A stretch of 32,000 nt of DNA. Origin: Longivirga aurantiaca (GTDB lineage Bacteria > Actinomycetota > Actinomycetes > S36-B12 > CAIYMF01). Made by a program: the position numbers and the translations under genes. Of the stretch, positions 1 to 8,357 are shown in pieces; position 1 is the first letter of the stretch; each line of letters opens with the position of its first letter. The DNA is taken from assembly GCF_042660085.1 (NCBI RefSeq), contig NZ_JBHSTI010000008.1, positions 2,295,604 to 2,327,603 of the forward strand, read 5' to 3'. Under the pieces are notes generated by a model. The model did no database searches and was not told the origin of the DNA. It saw only the letters and a program-made list of their open reading frames with translations.

Positions 1-462
1 TACATCTGCGTCGTCGACGTGGACCCGGGCACCGGCCAGGTCAAGGTGCGCCGGTTCATCGCGGTCGACGACTGCGGCCCTCGCATCAACCCGATGATCG
101 TCGAGGGGCAGGTGCACGGCGGTCTCGCCGACGGCATCGGCATGGCCCTGATGGAGCTCATCGCGTTCGACGACGACGGCAACAACCTCGGTGGCTCGTT
201 CATGGACTACCTGCTCCCGACCGCGATGGAGTGCCCGGACTGGGAGCTCGGCGAGACCGTGACCCCGTCCCCGCACCACCCCATCGGCGCGAAGGGCGTG
301 GGCGAGTCCGCCACCGTCGGCTCGCCCGCCGCGGTCGTCAACGCCGTCATCGACGCCATCTCGCCGTTCGGCGTGCGCCACGCGGACATGCCGCTGACGC
401 CCGCGAACGTCTGGCGCGCGATCCAGGGCAGCCCTGTCCGTACCGACATGGCTGTCGACTAG
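1..462 (+). CDS. Aerobic CO dehydrogenase / xanthine dehydrogenase family molybdopterin-binding (large) subunit, C-terminal fragment (5' truncated by window)
   Basis: Reading frame open from the window edge; VDDCGPRINPMIVEGQVHGGLADGIGMALME...YLLPTAMECP...GAKGVGESATVGSPAAVVNAVIDA is characteristic of the C-terminus of CoxL/XdhA-type subunits. Confidence 0.93.
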   Translation, partial: YICVVDVDPGTGQVKVRRFIAVDDCGPRINPMIVEGQVHGGLADGIGMALMELIAFDDDGNNLGGSFMDYLLPTAMECPDWELGETVTPSPHHPIGAKGVGESATVGSPAAVVNAVIDAISPFGVRHADMPLTPANVWRAIQGSPVRTDMAVD

Positions 463-471
463 GAGCACCAC

Positions 472-1410
472 GTGATGACCACGCGGGCACTGGACGAGAG
501 GGCCGAGTCCCTGCGCGCCCACAGGGTGCCGTTCGTCCATGCCCGCGTGGTCCTCGCCGAACGACCCACCTCGGCGAAGCCCGGCGACGAGGCGGTGATC
601 ACCCCTGACGGCGTCATCGAGGGTTTCGTCGGCGGTCAGTGCGCCGAAGGGACGGTGCGCACGCAGGCCCTGTCGCTGCTGTCGTCGGGCGACTCCATGC
701 TGCTGCGCATCACGCCCAACCCCGAGGGCGAGCAGTCGGGCAAGACCGTGGTGCACAACGCCTGCCTGTCGGGAGGCACGCTCGAGATCTTCCTCGAGCC
801 CGTCCTGCCGCTGCCGCTCGTCGCCGTGCTCGGCGACAGCCCGATCGCCCGTGCGATGACCGGGGTCGCCGAGGCGCTCGGCTACGAGGTCTCGACGTAC
901 GACGACGCCGACCTCTCGGCCACCGACGCCGTGGTCGTCGCCACCCACGGCAAGCGCGAGGAGAAGACGCTGCAGGACGCCGTGCTCGCGGGCGTTCCGT
1001 ACGTCGGGCTCGTCGCGAGCCCCAAGCGCGGCGCCGCGGTCGTCGAGTCGCTCGAGCTCACCGACGAGCAGCGCGCACGCATCCACTACCCCGCCGGGCT
1101 CGACATCGGCGCGCGCACACCCCAGGAGATCGCGCTCTCGGTCTTCGCCCAGATGGTCTCCGAGCGTCCGCGCGTGCCGCGCACCGCACATGCCGGCACC
1201 CACCCGCCGGTCACGGAGCCGCCCGTGACGCGGCTCGGCGTGATCTCGCTGGAGACCGAGACCGCGATCGACCCGGTCTGCGACATGACGGTGACGATCT
1301 CGCCGGACGCCCTGCACGCCGATCTCCCGGACGGCGAGCGCGTGTGGTTCTGCTGCCCCGGGTGCCGTCGCGAGTTCCTGAAGCACCCCGAGAAGTACCC
1401 TCGATCGTGA
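472..1410 (+). CDS. XdhC/CoxI family protein with C-terminal YHS domain
   Basis: N-terminal XdhC/CoxI signature (RVVLAERPTSAKPGDEAVITPDGVIEGFVGGQCAEGTV), Rossmann-like XdhC_C region (VAVLGDSPIARAM...YVGLVASPKR), then DPVCDMTV...FCCPGCRREFLKHPEKY, typical of YHS. Confidence 0.9.
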   Translation: MMTTRALDERAESLRAHRVPFVHARVVLAERPTSAKPGDEAVITPDGVIEGFVGGQCAEGTVRTQALSLLSSGDSMLLRITPNPEGEQSGKTVVHNACLSGGTLEIFLEPVLPLPLVAVLGDSPIARAMTGVAEALGYEVSTYDDADLSATDAVVVATHGKREEKTLQDAVLAGVPYVGLVASPKRGAAVVESLELTDEQRARIHYPAGLDIGARTPQEIALSVFAQMVSERPRVPRTAHAGTHPPVTEPPVTRLGVISLETETAIDPVCDMTVTISPDALHADLPDGERVWFCCPGCRREFLKHPEKYPRS

Positions 1411-2342
1411 CCGTCGACGACCTCGTCCCCGACATCGGGACGCTGACCGCGCGCCTCGCCGACGCGGGCTACCTCTCCGACCCCAGCCTCGCGGCCGCGC
1501 TCTTCTGCGCCGTACGGCTCCCCCAGCCGCTGCTGCTCGAGGGCGAGGCCGGCGTCGGCAAGACCCAGGCTGCGAAGTCGCTCGCCGAGCTGCTCGACAC
1601 CCCGCTGCTGCGGCTGCAGTGCTTCGAGGGCATCGATGCCGCCGAGGCGCTCTACGAGTGGAACTACCCGCGGCAGCTCCTCGGCATCCGCCTCGCGGAG
1701 GCGCAGGGCGCGGACCTCGTCGAGGAGACGCTGTTCGGCGAGAAGTACCTCGTCCGCCGTCCCCTCATGCAGGCGCTCGAGCACCCCGGTCCCCGTCCGG
1801 CCGTCCTGCTGATCGACGAGGTCGACCGCGCCGACGAGGAGTTCGAGGCGTTCCTGTTCGAGCTGCTCGCGGAGTCGACCGTGACGATCCCCGAGCTCGG
1901 CACGATCCGCGCGACCCATCCGCCGATCGTGATCCTCACCTCGAACCGCACCCGCGACCTGCACGACGCCCTCAAGCGCCGCTGCCTGTACCACTGGATC
2001 GAGTACCCCCCGCTGGCGCAGGCGATCGCCATCGTGCGGGCGCGGGTGCCGGAGGCCAGCGAGATGCTCGCGACGCAGGTGGCCGGTGCGGTCCAGCGGC
2101 TGAGGAGCCTGGACGTGCAGAAGCCGCCAGGCGTCGCCGAGGCGATCGACTGGGTCCACGCCGCCCAGCTGCTCGGCATCGAGGAGCTGGACGAGGCGGC
2201 CGTGGAGCTCACGCTCGGCTCGGTGCTCAAGTACCGCGAGGACCACGACGTCGCCCGCGCGGCGAGCCTGCGCTGGATAGCCGACCCGGTGCGCGCGGCG
2301 AAGCAGTCGGTCGACGACCTGCGCGCCGCCGCGGAGGGGTGA
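1407..2342 (+). CDS. MoxR-like AAA+ ATPase (CoxD-like, CO dehydrogenase maturation)
   Basis: Walker A GEAGVGKTQ, Walker B VLLIDEVDRAD, sensor ILTSN; GTG start at 1407 overlaps the upstream stop by 4 nt (GTGA). The longer ORF from 639 begins with an out-of-frame translation of the upstream gene. Confidence 0.93.
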   Translation: MTVDDLVPDIGTLTARLADAGYLSDPSLAAALFCAVRLPQPLLLEGEAGVGKTQAAKSLAELLDTPLLRLQCFEGIDAAEALYEWNYPRQLLGIRLAEAQGADLVEETLFGEKYLVRRPLMQALEHPGPRPAVLLIDEVDRADEEFEAFLFELLAESTVTIPELGTIRATHPPIVILTSNRTRDLHDALKRRCLYHWIEYPPLAQAIAIVRARVPEASEMLATQVAGAVQRLRSLDVQKPPGVAEAIDWVHAAQLLGIEELDEAAVELTLGSVLKYREDHDVARAASLRWIADPVRAAKQSVDDLRAAAEG

Positions 2343-2343
2343 G

Positions 2344-3666
2344 ATGGCCACGGCCGACCTCCCCGCGGTGATCGCGGCCTTCGGCCACCTGCTCCACCAG
2401 GCGGGCGTGCCCGTCACCCCCGAGCGCAGCGCCCGCTTCACCCGTGCCGTGCTGCTCGCCGACCCCGCTACCGTCAAGGAGCTGTCGGCCCTGGGCAAGG
2501 CGACCCTGCTGTCGCACCACGACCAGGAGGAGGTCTTCGACCGCGTCTTCGGACAGGTCTTCCGCGGCCTCGTCGACTTCGCCGAGTTCCGCGGCGACTC
2601 CGCTCCCCCCACGCCGGTGTCGACGCTGCCGAAGGACGACGCCCCGAAGTCCGACTCGTCCCGCGAGGGCGAGGGCGAAGGGAGCCCGACCGGCTCGGAA
2701 GGCCTCCCGGGCGAGGGCGAGGCGCAGCCCGAGGACGACGAGCCCAGCCTCCTGGCCGCCGTCAGCAGCGAAGAACGCCTGGGCGCCAAGAACTTCGCCG
2801 AGTGCACCGACGACGAGCTCGCGCTGCTGCAGGCACTGGTCTCGCAGCTGCCGCTGCTCCCCCCGATGCGGCGCGCGCGCCGACAGCGCCGGCACGCGGC
2901 CGGCGACCGCCTCGACGTGCGCGCCACGCTGCGCGCGTCGCACAAGACCTCCGGCGACCCGGTACGCCGGGTGCACAAGCGGGCGACGCAGCGCGCCCGC
3001 CGGGTGGTGCTGATCGCCGACGTGTCGGGATCGATGGAGCCGTACGCCCGCGTCTACCTGCACCTGATGCGCGGCGCGGTCCAGGCGCTCGGCTCCGAGG
3101 CGTTCGTCTTCGCGACCCGGCTCACACGGCTCACCCGCGTGCTGCACCACACGAATCCCGACGTCGCCTACCGGCGGGCGGCGGCCGCGGCGCCCGACTG
3201 GTCGGGCGGGACCCGCATCGGCAACGCGCTCAAGGCGTTCATCGACGAGCACGGCCGACGCGGCATCGCCCGCGGGTCCGTCGTCGTCATCGTGTCGGAC
3301 GGGTGGGAGCTCGGCGACCCCGAGCTCGTCGGCCGGATGATGGAGCAGCTCTCGCGCCTGGCGTTCCACATCATCTGGGTCAACCCGCGCAAGGCCGCGG
3401 CCGGCTACAAGCCGCTCGTCGGCGGCATGGCCGCGGCACTGCCGCACGTCGACACATTCGTCAGCGGACACTCGCTGCGGGCCCTCGAGGACGTGCTCAC
3501 GGCCATCCGCGACGCCGCCGTCGTGGGTCGGCGAGTGCACCGCGTGCGGCCGCTGCCGGTCGCGGCCGACGTCGAGCCCGAGGCCGCGCCGCCTGCATCG
3601 CCCACCCCGGGCGTCGACCGATTCCCCACCGGCCGCCTCGTCTCCGGGGCCGTGAACGGCTCCTAG
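2344..3666 (+). CDS. coxE: VWA domain-containing CoxE-like protein
   Basis: Follows the AAA+ gene directly; MIDAS motif DVSGSM and VIVSDGWELGDPELVGRMMEQLSRLAFHIIWVNP typical of VWA/CoxE proteins. Confidence 0.88.
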   Translation: MATADLPAVIAAFGHLLHQAGVPVTPERSARFTRAVLLADPATVKELSALGKATLLSHHDQEEVFDRVFGQVFRGLVDFAEFRGDSAPPTPVSTLPKDDAPKSDSSREGEGEGSPTGSEGLPGEGEAQPEDDEPSLLAAVSSEERLGAKNFAECTDDELALLQALVSQLPLLPPMRRARRQRRHAAGDRLDVRATLRASHKTSGDPVRRVHKRATQRARRVVLIADVSGSMEPYARVYLHLMRGAVQALGSEAFVFATRLTRLTRVLHHTNPDVAYRRAAAAAPDWSGGTRIGNALKAFIDEHGRRGIARGSVVVIVSDGWELGDPELVGRMMEQLSRLAFHIIWVNPRKAAAGYKPLVGGMAAALPHVDTFVSGHSLRALEDVLTAIRDAAVVGRRVHRVRPLPVAADVEPEAAPPASPTPGVDRFPTGRLVSGAVNGS

Positions 3667-3669
3667 CGA

Positions 3670-4701
3670 TCACACGCTGACGGTGGCGCGGACGTCGGCG
3701 GCGAAGGCGTCGACGTCCGCCTCGGTGGTCGACCACGCGGTCATCCAGCGCACCTGGTCGGCGTTCTCGTCCCAGACGTAGAACGTGTGCCGCGACTGCA
3801 GCGACTCGATGTGCTCCCGGGCGAGCACGGCGAACACGGCGTTCACCTGGACGGGGTGGCTGATCCGTACGCCGTCGAGGCCGTCCAGCGCCGCGGAGAG
3901 TCGGGTGGCCATCGCGTTGGCGTGGGTCGCGTTGCGCAGCCAGAGGTCGCCCTCGAGCAGCGCGACCAGCTGGGCGGAGACGAAGCGCATCTTCGACGCG
4001 AGCTGCATCGACTGCTTGCGCAGGAACGGCAGCACGTCCGCGAGACCGGGCTTCAGGACGACGACGGCCTCGGCGCCCAGGGCGCCGTTCTTCGTCGCGC
4101 CGAACGACAGCACGTCGATGTCGGCGTCACCGGCGAGGTCGCCCAGGGACACGCCGAGCGACGCAGCGGCGTTGGCGAACCTCGCGCCGTCGACGTGCAC
4201 GAGGAGCCCGCGCCCGTGCGCCCAGTCGGCCAGCGCGCGGAGCTCGGCGACGGTGTAGACGGTGCCGAGCTCGGTCGACTCGGTGAGCGAGACGACCCTG
4301 GCCTGCACGTGGTGCTGGTCGCCGATCCCCCACACCGCGCGGTCGACGGCTTCGACCGTGAGCTTGCCCGCCACCGACGGCACGTCGATCAGCTTGGAGC
4401 CGAGCAGCTTCTCCGGGGCGCCGCACTCGTCGACGTTGATGTGCGCGCCCTCGGAGCAGACGACGGCCTCGAACGAGCGCGTCATCGCCTGCAGGCTCAC
4501 GACGTTCGCGCCGGTGCCGTTGAACACCGGGAACATCTGCGCCTGCTCGCCGAAGTGCCTGCGGAACAGCCGCTCGGCCTCATGCGTCACCGGGTCGTCG
4601 CCGTACCCCGGCACCCAGCCGGTGTTGGCCTCGGTGATGGCTGCCAGCACGTCGGGGTGCGCGCCTGCGTGGTTGTCGCTGCCGAAGCTCGCGCCGGTCA
4701 T
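3670..4701 (-). CDS. Low-specificity L-threonine aldolase / beta-eliminating lyase family PLP enzyme
   Basis: SFGSDNHAGAHPDVLAAI...VFNGTGANVVSL...GLLVHVDGARFANAAASLG...DVLSFGATKNGALGAEAVV (PLP lysine region). ATG at 4701 preceded by GGAGGA; the ORF's upstream 8 codons are probably not translated. Confidence 0.9.
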   Translation of the reverse strand: MTGASFGSDNHAGAHPDVLAAITEANTGWVPGYGDDPVTHEAERLFRRHFGEQAQMFPVFNGTGANVVSLQAMTRSFEAVVCSEGAHINVDECGAPEKLLGSKLIDVPSVAGKLTVEAVDRAVWGIGDQHHVQARVVSLTESTELGTVYTVAELRALADWAHGRGLLVHVDGARFANAAASLGVSLGDLAGDADIDVLSFGATKNGALGAEAVVVLKPGLADVLPFLRKQSMQLASKMRFVSAQLVALLEGDLWLRNATHANAMATRLSAALDGLDGVRISHPVQVNAVFAVLAREHIESLQSRHTFYVWDENADQVRWMTAWSTTEADVDAFAADVRATVSV

Positions 4702-4764
4702 GGTCCTCCTCCAGGTCCGGCACATCCTCCCGCGCGGCGCGAGGGTGCGGCGACCCGGGTGCGG

Positions 4765-6975
4765 CTAGGAGAGGGTGACGACGCCGTCGAAGCCCATGCG
4801 CCCGTATGTGCCGCCGGACGCGTTCATCACGGTCACGCGGTGCAGGCCCGGCGAGCCGAAGTTCACCACGTACGCCATCCGCGTGGCCGTGCCGCTGCCC
4901 TTCATGTTCACGCCGCCGACCTTGACGCCGTCGACGTACACAGCCACCCAGCCGTTGCGACCCCCGCGCTGCAGCAGGATGCCGACGCTGCTGCCGCGCA
5001 CCAGGGCGGTCGCGAAGGCGCCCTTCCGGGTGGTCTTGTGGATCGCCTTGCCCAGCGAGCTGCTCGGGAACGACATCGTCCACGAGCCGCCGTACTTCAT
5101 CGTCGGGTTCGAGGCGTCGCTGCGGTAGGTCGCGGTCGTCGCGCCACGAGCGCTCACCACCGTGCCGTCGAGCGCCGTCGCCGTCGCGGTGAAGACCCGC
5201 ACGGAGCCGGTGCGGCTCGCGAGCCCGGTCTTCTGCGACCATTTGACCGCGACGCTCGCCGCGGCAGCCGGATCGGTCGCAGGCGTCGTGACCTTCCAGC
5301 TCCAGCGCATCGGGACGACAGGCCCGTACGGCGAGACGGTCACGCCGCCGGCACGCAGCCAGGGCTGCGGCACGGTCAGCTCGGGCCGGGGCGGCGGCAC
5401 GTAGCGCGGGTCGGAGTCCGCGAGGCCGTTGCGGTACTCGACCACGGCGCCGTCGGCATCCTGCGACACGACGCGCACACCGAGGTAGCCGTCGGCGAGG
5501 TCGATCCACACGCCCACGGGCAGCGCGGCGTCGAGCTGGCCGAACGAGGAGTCGGGGGTGGCGGGCCTGCCGTCGAGCAGGAAGGACTCGCGGTCGGAGA
5601 ACGTCGAACCCGAGGGCAGCGACGCCGGGTCGAACTCCTTGCGCACGGTGACGCCGAGCGATCCCCAGCCGGGCAGGCCCGTCATCCACGCGTCGCGGCC
5701 GACGGCGGCGCGGTACTCCAGCACGTAGCGGGAGCCGCCGCGCGTCAGCGTGAGCGCCCGCGTCCCCGTGCCCAGAGCGATGGGCGCGAGCGTCACCTGG
5801 CCGTCGTCCGACGGCTCGGGGTTCGAGGCGGCGTCGAGGATGCCGAGGTCGCGCAGGTGCGAGGCGTTGAGGTGCCCCTGGTTCTGCCACGACACGGCCA
5901 TGATGTCGTTGGTGTCGCTGTACGACCGCTCGGTGCACGCAGACGCCAAGGCGTCGAGGACGCGGACCCCGCCGTCGCTGCAGTCGAGCAGCTGCGAGTG
6001 GCCGAGGCCCAGGTTGTGGCCGAGCTCGTGCCCGATCACGCCGGTGGTGTTGTAGCCGTTGGACCACACCAGGCCGCCGCTGGTGCTGTCGCCGCCGATC
6101 GTGCCGAGGCCCGCGATGCCGCCACAGGCGGGCAGGGCCTTGAAGTACACGAGCAGGTGCTTGCCCGCGCCCTCGGTGAAGCCGGTCTTGGCCTTCACCT
6201 CGTTCCAGAAGGTGAACGACGTGCCCACGCTGCCGCTCGAGCACGGGGTCGTGGTGGTCGTGACGACGCTGGGGTACGCCGTCGCCACGAAGCCGACTGC
6301 CCCGTCCGTCACGTCTGACCAGTAGGCGTCGACCGAGCCGTTGACGGTGGCGGCGACGTCCGCAGCGCTCACCGACGAGGCTGATCCGCCGGACGGCGTC
6401 GCGACGACGACCAGCACCTGGTGCGGCGAGTCCGCCGCCGAGGTGGCGGCTGCGGCGACGGCGACACCTGCCCCGGTGTCGGTCACGTTCGCCGCGGGCT
6501 CGGCGAGCACCTGGACGGCGGTCACGTCGGCCCCGGCCTCGGCGTCGGCCGACTCCGCGGTGACGACGGCGTCGTCCGGTGCCACGGCGTCGACGCCGTT
6601 CTCGGAGACCTCGACCGTCGGGGAGTCGGCAAGACCCACGCGGACCGTGGCGCCGTCCTCGACATGCTCGAGCGCGGACGCGGGCACCTGCACCGCGCCC
6701 TCGGCCGTGTTCACGAAGGTGACGGCATCGGCGTGGGCTTCCGGCGCCTCGAACGCATCGATCTCGAACCGCTCGACCGTGCCGACCACGACCAGCTCCG
6801 CGCCCGGAGTCCCCCCGGCCAGCGCGTCGGCCGGCGGCAGGGCCAGCGAGAGGGTCGCCGCCACGGCGACGGCCGTGAGGACCGCTCTGCGCGCGCCACG
6901 GCGTCCGGGCATGGCTCGGCCCGGAGCCGCGACGAGCCAGGGACGCACTGCCATACCCATGTCTTCGCCCGACAT
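4765..6975 (-). CDS. Secreted metzincin-type zinc metalloprotease, paralogue 1
   Basis: Signal-peptide-like N-terminus (RRAVLTAVAVAATLSLALPPADALA), zinc-binding motif HELGHNLGLGH (HExxHxxGxxH), downstream Met-turn-like NDIMAVSW. Start uncertain among ATGs at 6975, 6960 and 6954; the 959 aa ORF runs through orn antisense. Confidence 0.85.
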   Translation of the reverse strand: MSGEDMGMAVRPWLVAAPGRAMPGRRGARRAVLTAVAVAATLSLALPPADALAGGTPGAELVVVGTVERFEIDAFEAPEAHADAVTFVNTAEGAVQVPASALEHVEDGATVRVGLADSPTVEVSENGVDAVAPDDAVVTAESADAEAGADVTAVQVLAEPAANVTDTGAGVAVAAAATSAADSPHQVLVVVATPSGGSASSVSAADVAATVNGSVDAYWSDVTDGAVGFVATAYPSVVTTTTTPCSSGSVGTSFTFWNEVKAKTGFTEGAGKHLLVYFKALPACGGIAGLGTIGGDSTSGGLVWSNGYNTTGVIGHELGHNLGLGHSQLLDCSDGGVRVLDALASACTERSYSDTNDIMAVSWQNQGHLNASHLRDLGILDAASNPEPSDDGQVTLAPIALGTGTRALTLTRGGSRYVLEYRAAVGRDAWMTGLPGWGSLGVTVRKEFDPASLPSGSTFSDRESFLLDGRPATPDSSFGQLDAALPVGVWIDLADGYLGVRVVSQDADGAVVEYRNGLADSDPRYVPPPRPELTVPQPWLRAGGVTVSPYGPVVPMRWSWKVTTPATDPAAAASVAVKWSQKTGLASRTGSVRVFTATATALDGTVVSARGATTATYRSDASNPTMKYGGSWTMSFPSSSLGKAIHKTTRKGAFATALVRGSSVGILLQRGGRNGWVAVYVDGVKVGGVNMKGSGTATRMAYVVNFGSPGLHRVTVMNASGGTYGRMGFDGVVTLS

Positions 6976-7035
6976 GGGCCCCGCCTCGTTGCTCCGAACG
7001 GGTGATCGCCCGGACGGAGTCATAGGGTTGGCGCC

Positions 7036-7695
7036 ATGGCGAGCTCCGAGAACGGCCGCGGCCTCGACCGCATCGTGTGGGTCGACTGCGAGATGACCGG
7101 TCTCGACCTGGGCTCCGACGCCCTCGTCGAGGTGGCCTGCGTCGTCACCGACGGCGAGCTCACCGAGCTCGACGCCGGCGTCGCCGTGGTCATCCGCCCG
7201 CCGGACGAGCCCTTCGCGAACATGCCCGACGTCGTCCGCGAGATGCACACGGCGTCCGGCCTCATCACCGAGATCCCCGAGGGCACGACGCTCGCCGCCG
7301 CCGAGGCCCTCGTGCTCGACTACATCAAGAGCCACGTGCCCGAGGCCCGCAAGGCCCCGCTCGCGGGCTCGAGCGTGTACGTCGACCGCGGCTTCCTCGC
7401 CCGCGACATGCCCGAGCTCGACGCGTGGCTGCACTACCGCCTCGTCGACGTCTCCTCGATCAAGGAGCTCGTCCGCCGCTGGTACCCCCGCGTCTACTTC
7501 AGCGCCCCGGCCAAGCGCGGAAACCACCGTGCCCTGGCGGACGCCCGCGAGTCGATCGCCGAGCTGCGCTACTACCGCGAGACCGTGCTCGTACCCCAGC
7601 CGGGCCCGGACACCAACGGGGCCCGGGAGGTCGCGAGCCGCCACCTGCTCGAGCCGTTCGTGCCCGCCGAGGCCTCCGAGGGCCCGCCGGCCTGA
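7036..7695 (+). CDS. orn: Oligoribonuclease (DEDDh 3'-5' exonuclease)
   Basis: [80 protein letters not shown] are classic Orn motifs. Confidence 0.96.
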   Translation: MASSENGRGLDRIVWVDCEMTGLDLGSDALVEVACVVTDGELTELDAGVAVVIRPPDEPFANMPDVVREMHTASGLITEIPEGTTLAAAEALVLDYIKSHVPEARKAPLAGSSVYVDRGFLARDMPELDAWLHYRLVDVSSIKELVRRWYPRVYFSAPAKRGNHRALADARESIAELRYYRETVLVPQPGPDTNGAREVASRHLLEPFVPAEASEGPPA

Positions 7696-7828
7696 CGCCC
7701 GTACCTGGCCGCCGGGCCTGCCTCACGGTCGGTGTCGACGACCGCCCGTTCGGAGCACGGCCTCCGGGCCGGTATGCTTCCTACCCGGCCCCGCCGCCCG
7801 GTCCTGCACCGGGTACGCGACGGCTGAT

Positions 7829-7905
7829 GGTGGGTGTAGCTCAGCTGGTAGAGCACCTGGTTGTGGTCCAGGTGGCCGCGGGTTCAAGTCCCGTCACTCA
7901 CCCCA
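7829..7905 (+). tRNA. tRNA-His(GTG) with encoded CCA and G-1
   Basis: GTGGGTG...CACTCAC acceptor stem, G-1 opposite C73, anticodon arm CCTGGTTGTGGTCCAGG, T arm GGGTTCAAGTCCC, CCA at 7903-7905. Confidence 0.95.
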
Positions 7906-7906
7906 C

Positions 7907-7953
7907 ACAGCACGCAGCGGGCCCCAGTTCTTCCGGGGCCCGCTTCGTGCTGT
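7907..7953 (+). terminator. Strong hairpin immediately 3' of tRNA-His, putative intrinsic terminator
   Basis: ACAGCACGcAGCGGGGCCCC / GGGGCCCGCTtCGTGCTGT pair with one mismatch and one bulge; loop AGTTCTTCC. Confidence 0.75.
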
Positions 7954-8084
7954 CAGGCGTGAGTCCCTCTCCGTCGAGTGCGGGAGCGCAGCGAGGCGGT
8001 CGACGGACCCGTCACTCACGCCCAGGAACAGTGGACGGCGGCTCACCGAGCCACGCGACGAACGCGCCACCAACCCGCCGAAGC

Positions 8085-8116
8085 GAGCCCGAGCGCGAGC
8101 CCGAGCGCGGGCCCGA
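8085..8116. repeat. Short 12-bp tandem repeat (2 exact units plus degenerate partial)
   Basis: GAGCCCGAGCGC x2 at 8085-8096 and 8097-8108, then GGGCCCGA. Confidence 0.8.
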
Positions 8117-8170
8117 CCGATTCGGTAGTGCGAAATCGGCGCAGAGCGCGAGTTTCCACTACCGAATCGG
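8117..8170. repeat. Long intergenic inverted repeat (hairpin/cruciform-capable)
   Basis: Perfect 14-bp arms CCGATTCGGTAGTG (8117-8130) and CACTACCGAATCGG (8157-8170), extended inward by GAAA/TTTC after a 1-nt bulge. Confidence 0.9.
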
Positions 8171-8357
8171 CTCAGGTGAGGCGGCCGCCGACGAGATGCA
8201 GGACGACGTCGGCGGCGTCCGGACGCTCGCGAGCCGCGGGAGGAGCGTGTCCCTGCCGGAGCAGGACCCCTCCGGGGAGCACGACCAGATCACCGCCCTC
8301 GGCCGCAGGGATGGCGTCGTCGAGCCCAGGGGGCGGGCCGACCAGGTGGGCTGAGGG

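Noticed and set aside
639-1406. 5' part of the 567-aa plus-strand ORF (639..2342)
   Set aside because: Arg/Ala-rich out-of-frame translation of the XdhC gene; the real AAA+ protein begins at the GTG at 1407.
1086-2978. 630-aa minus-strand ORF opposite xdhC/MoxR/CoxE
   Set aside because: Low-complexity Ser/Arg-rich composition and fully antisense to genes with clear family motifs; a typical high-GC artefact.
4580-6244. 554-aa minus-strand ORF overlapping protease 1 in another frame
   Set aside because: Out-of-frame shadow of the protease gene.
3787-6318. 843-aa plus-strand ORF opposite threonine aldolase and protease 1
   Set aside because: Composition dominated by Arg/Gly/Ala/His/Val with no recognisable domain; antisense to supported genes.
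8171-8350. Coding-like minus-strand frame (LVVLPGGVLLRQGHAPPAARERPDAADVVLHLVGGRLT) between the palindrome and the protease 2 stop
   Set aside because: Could be a gene remnant, but no start codon or family similarity is evident; too weak to annotate without a homology search.
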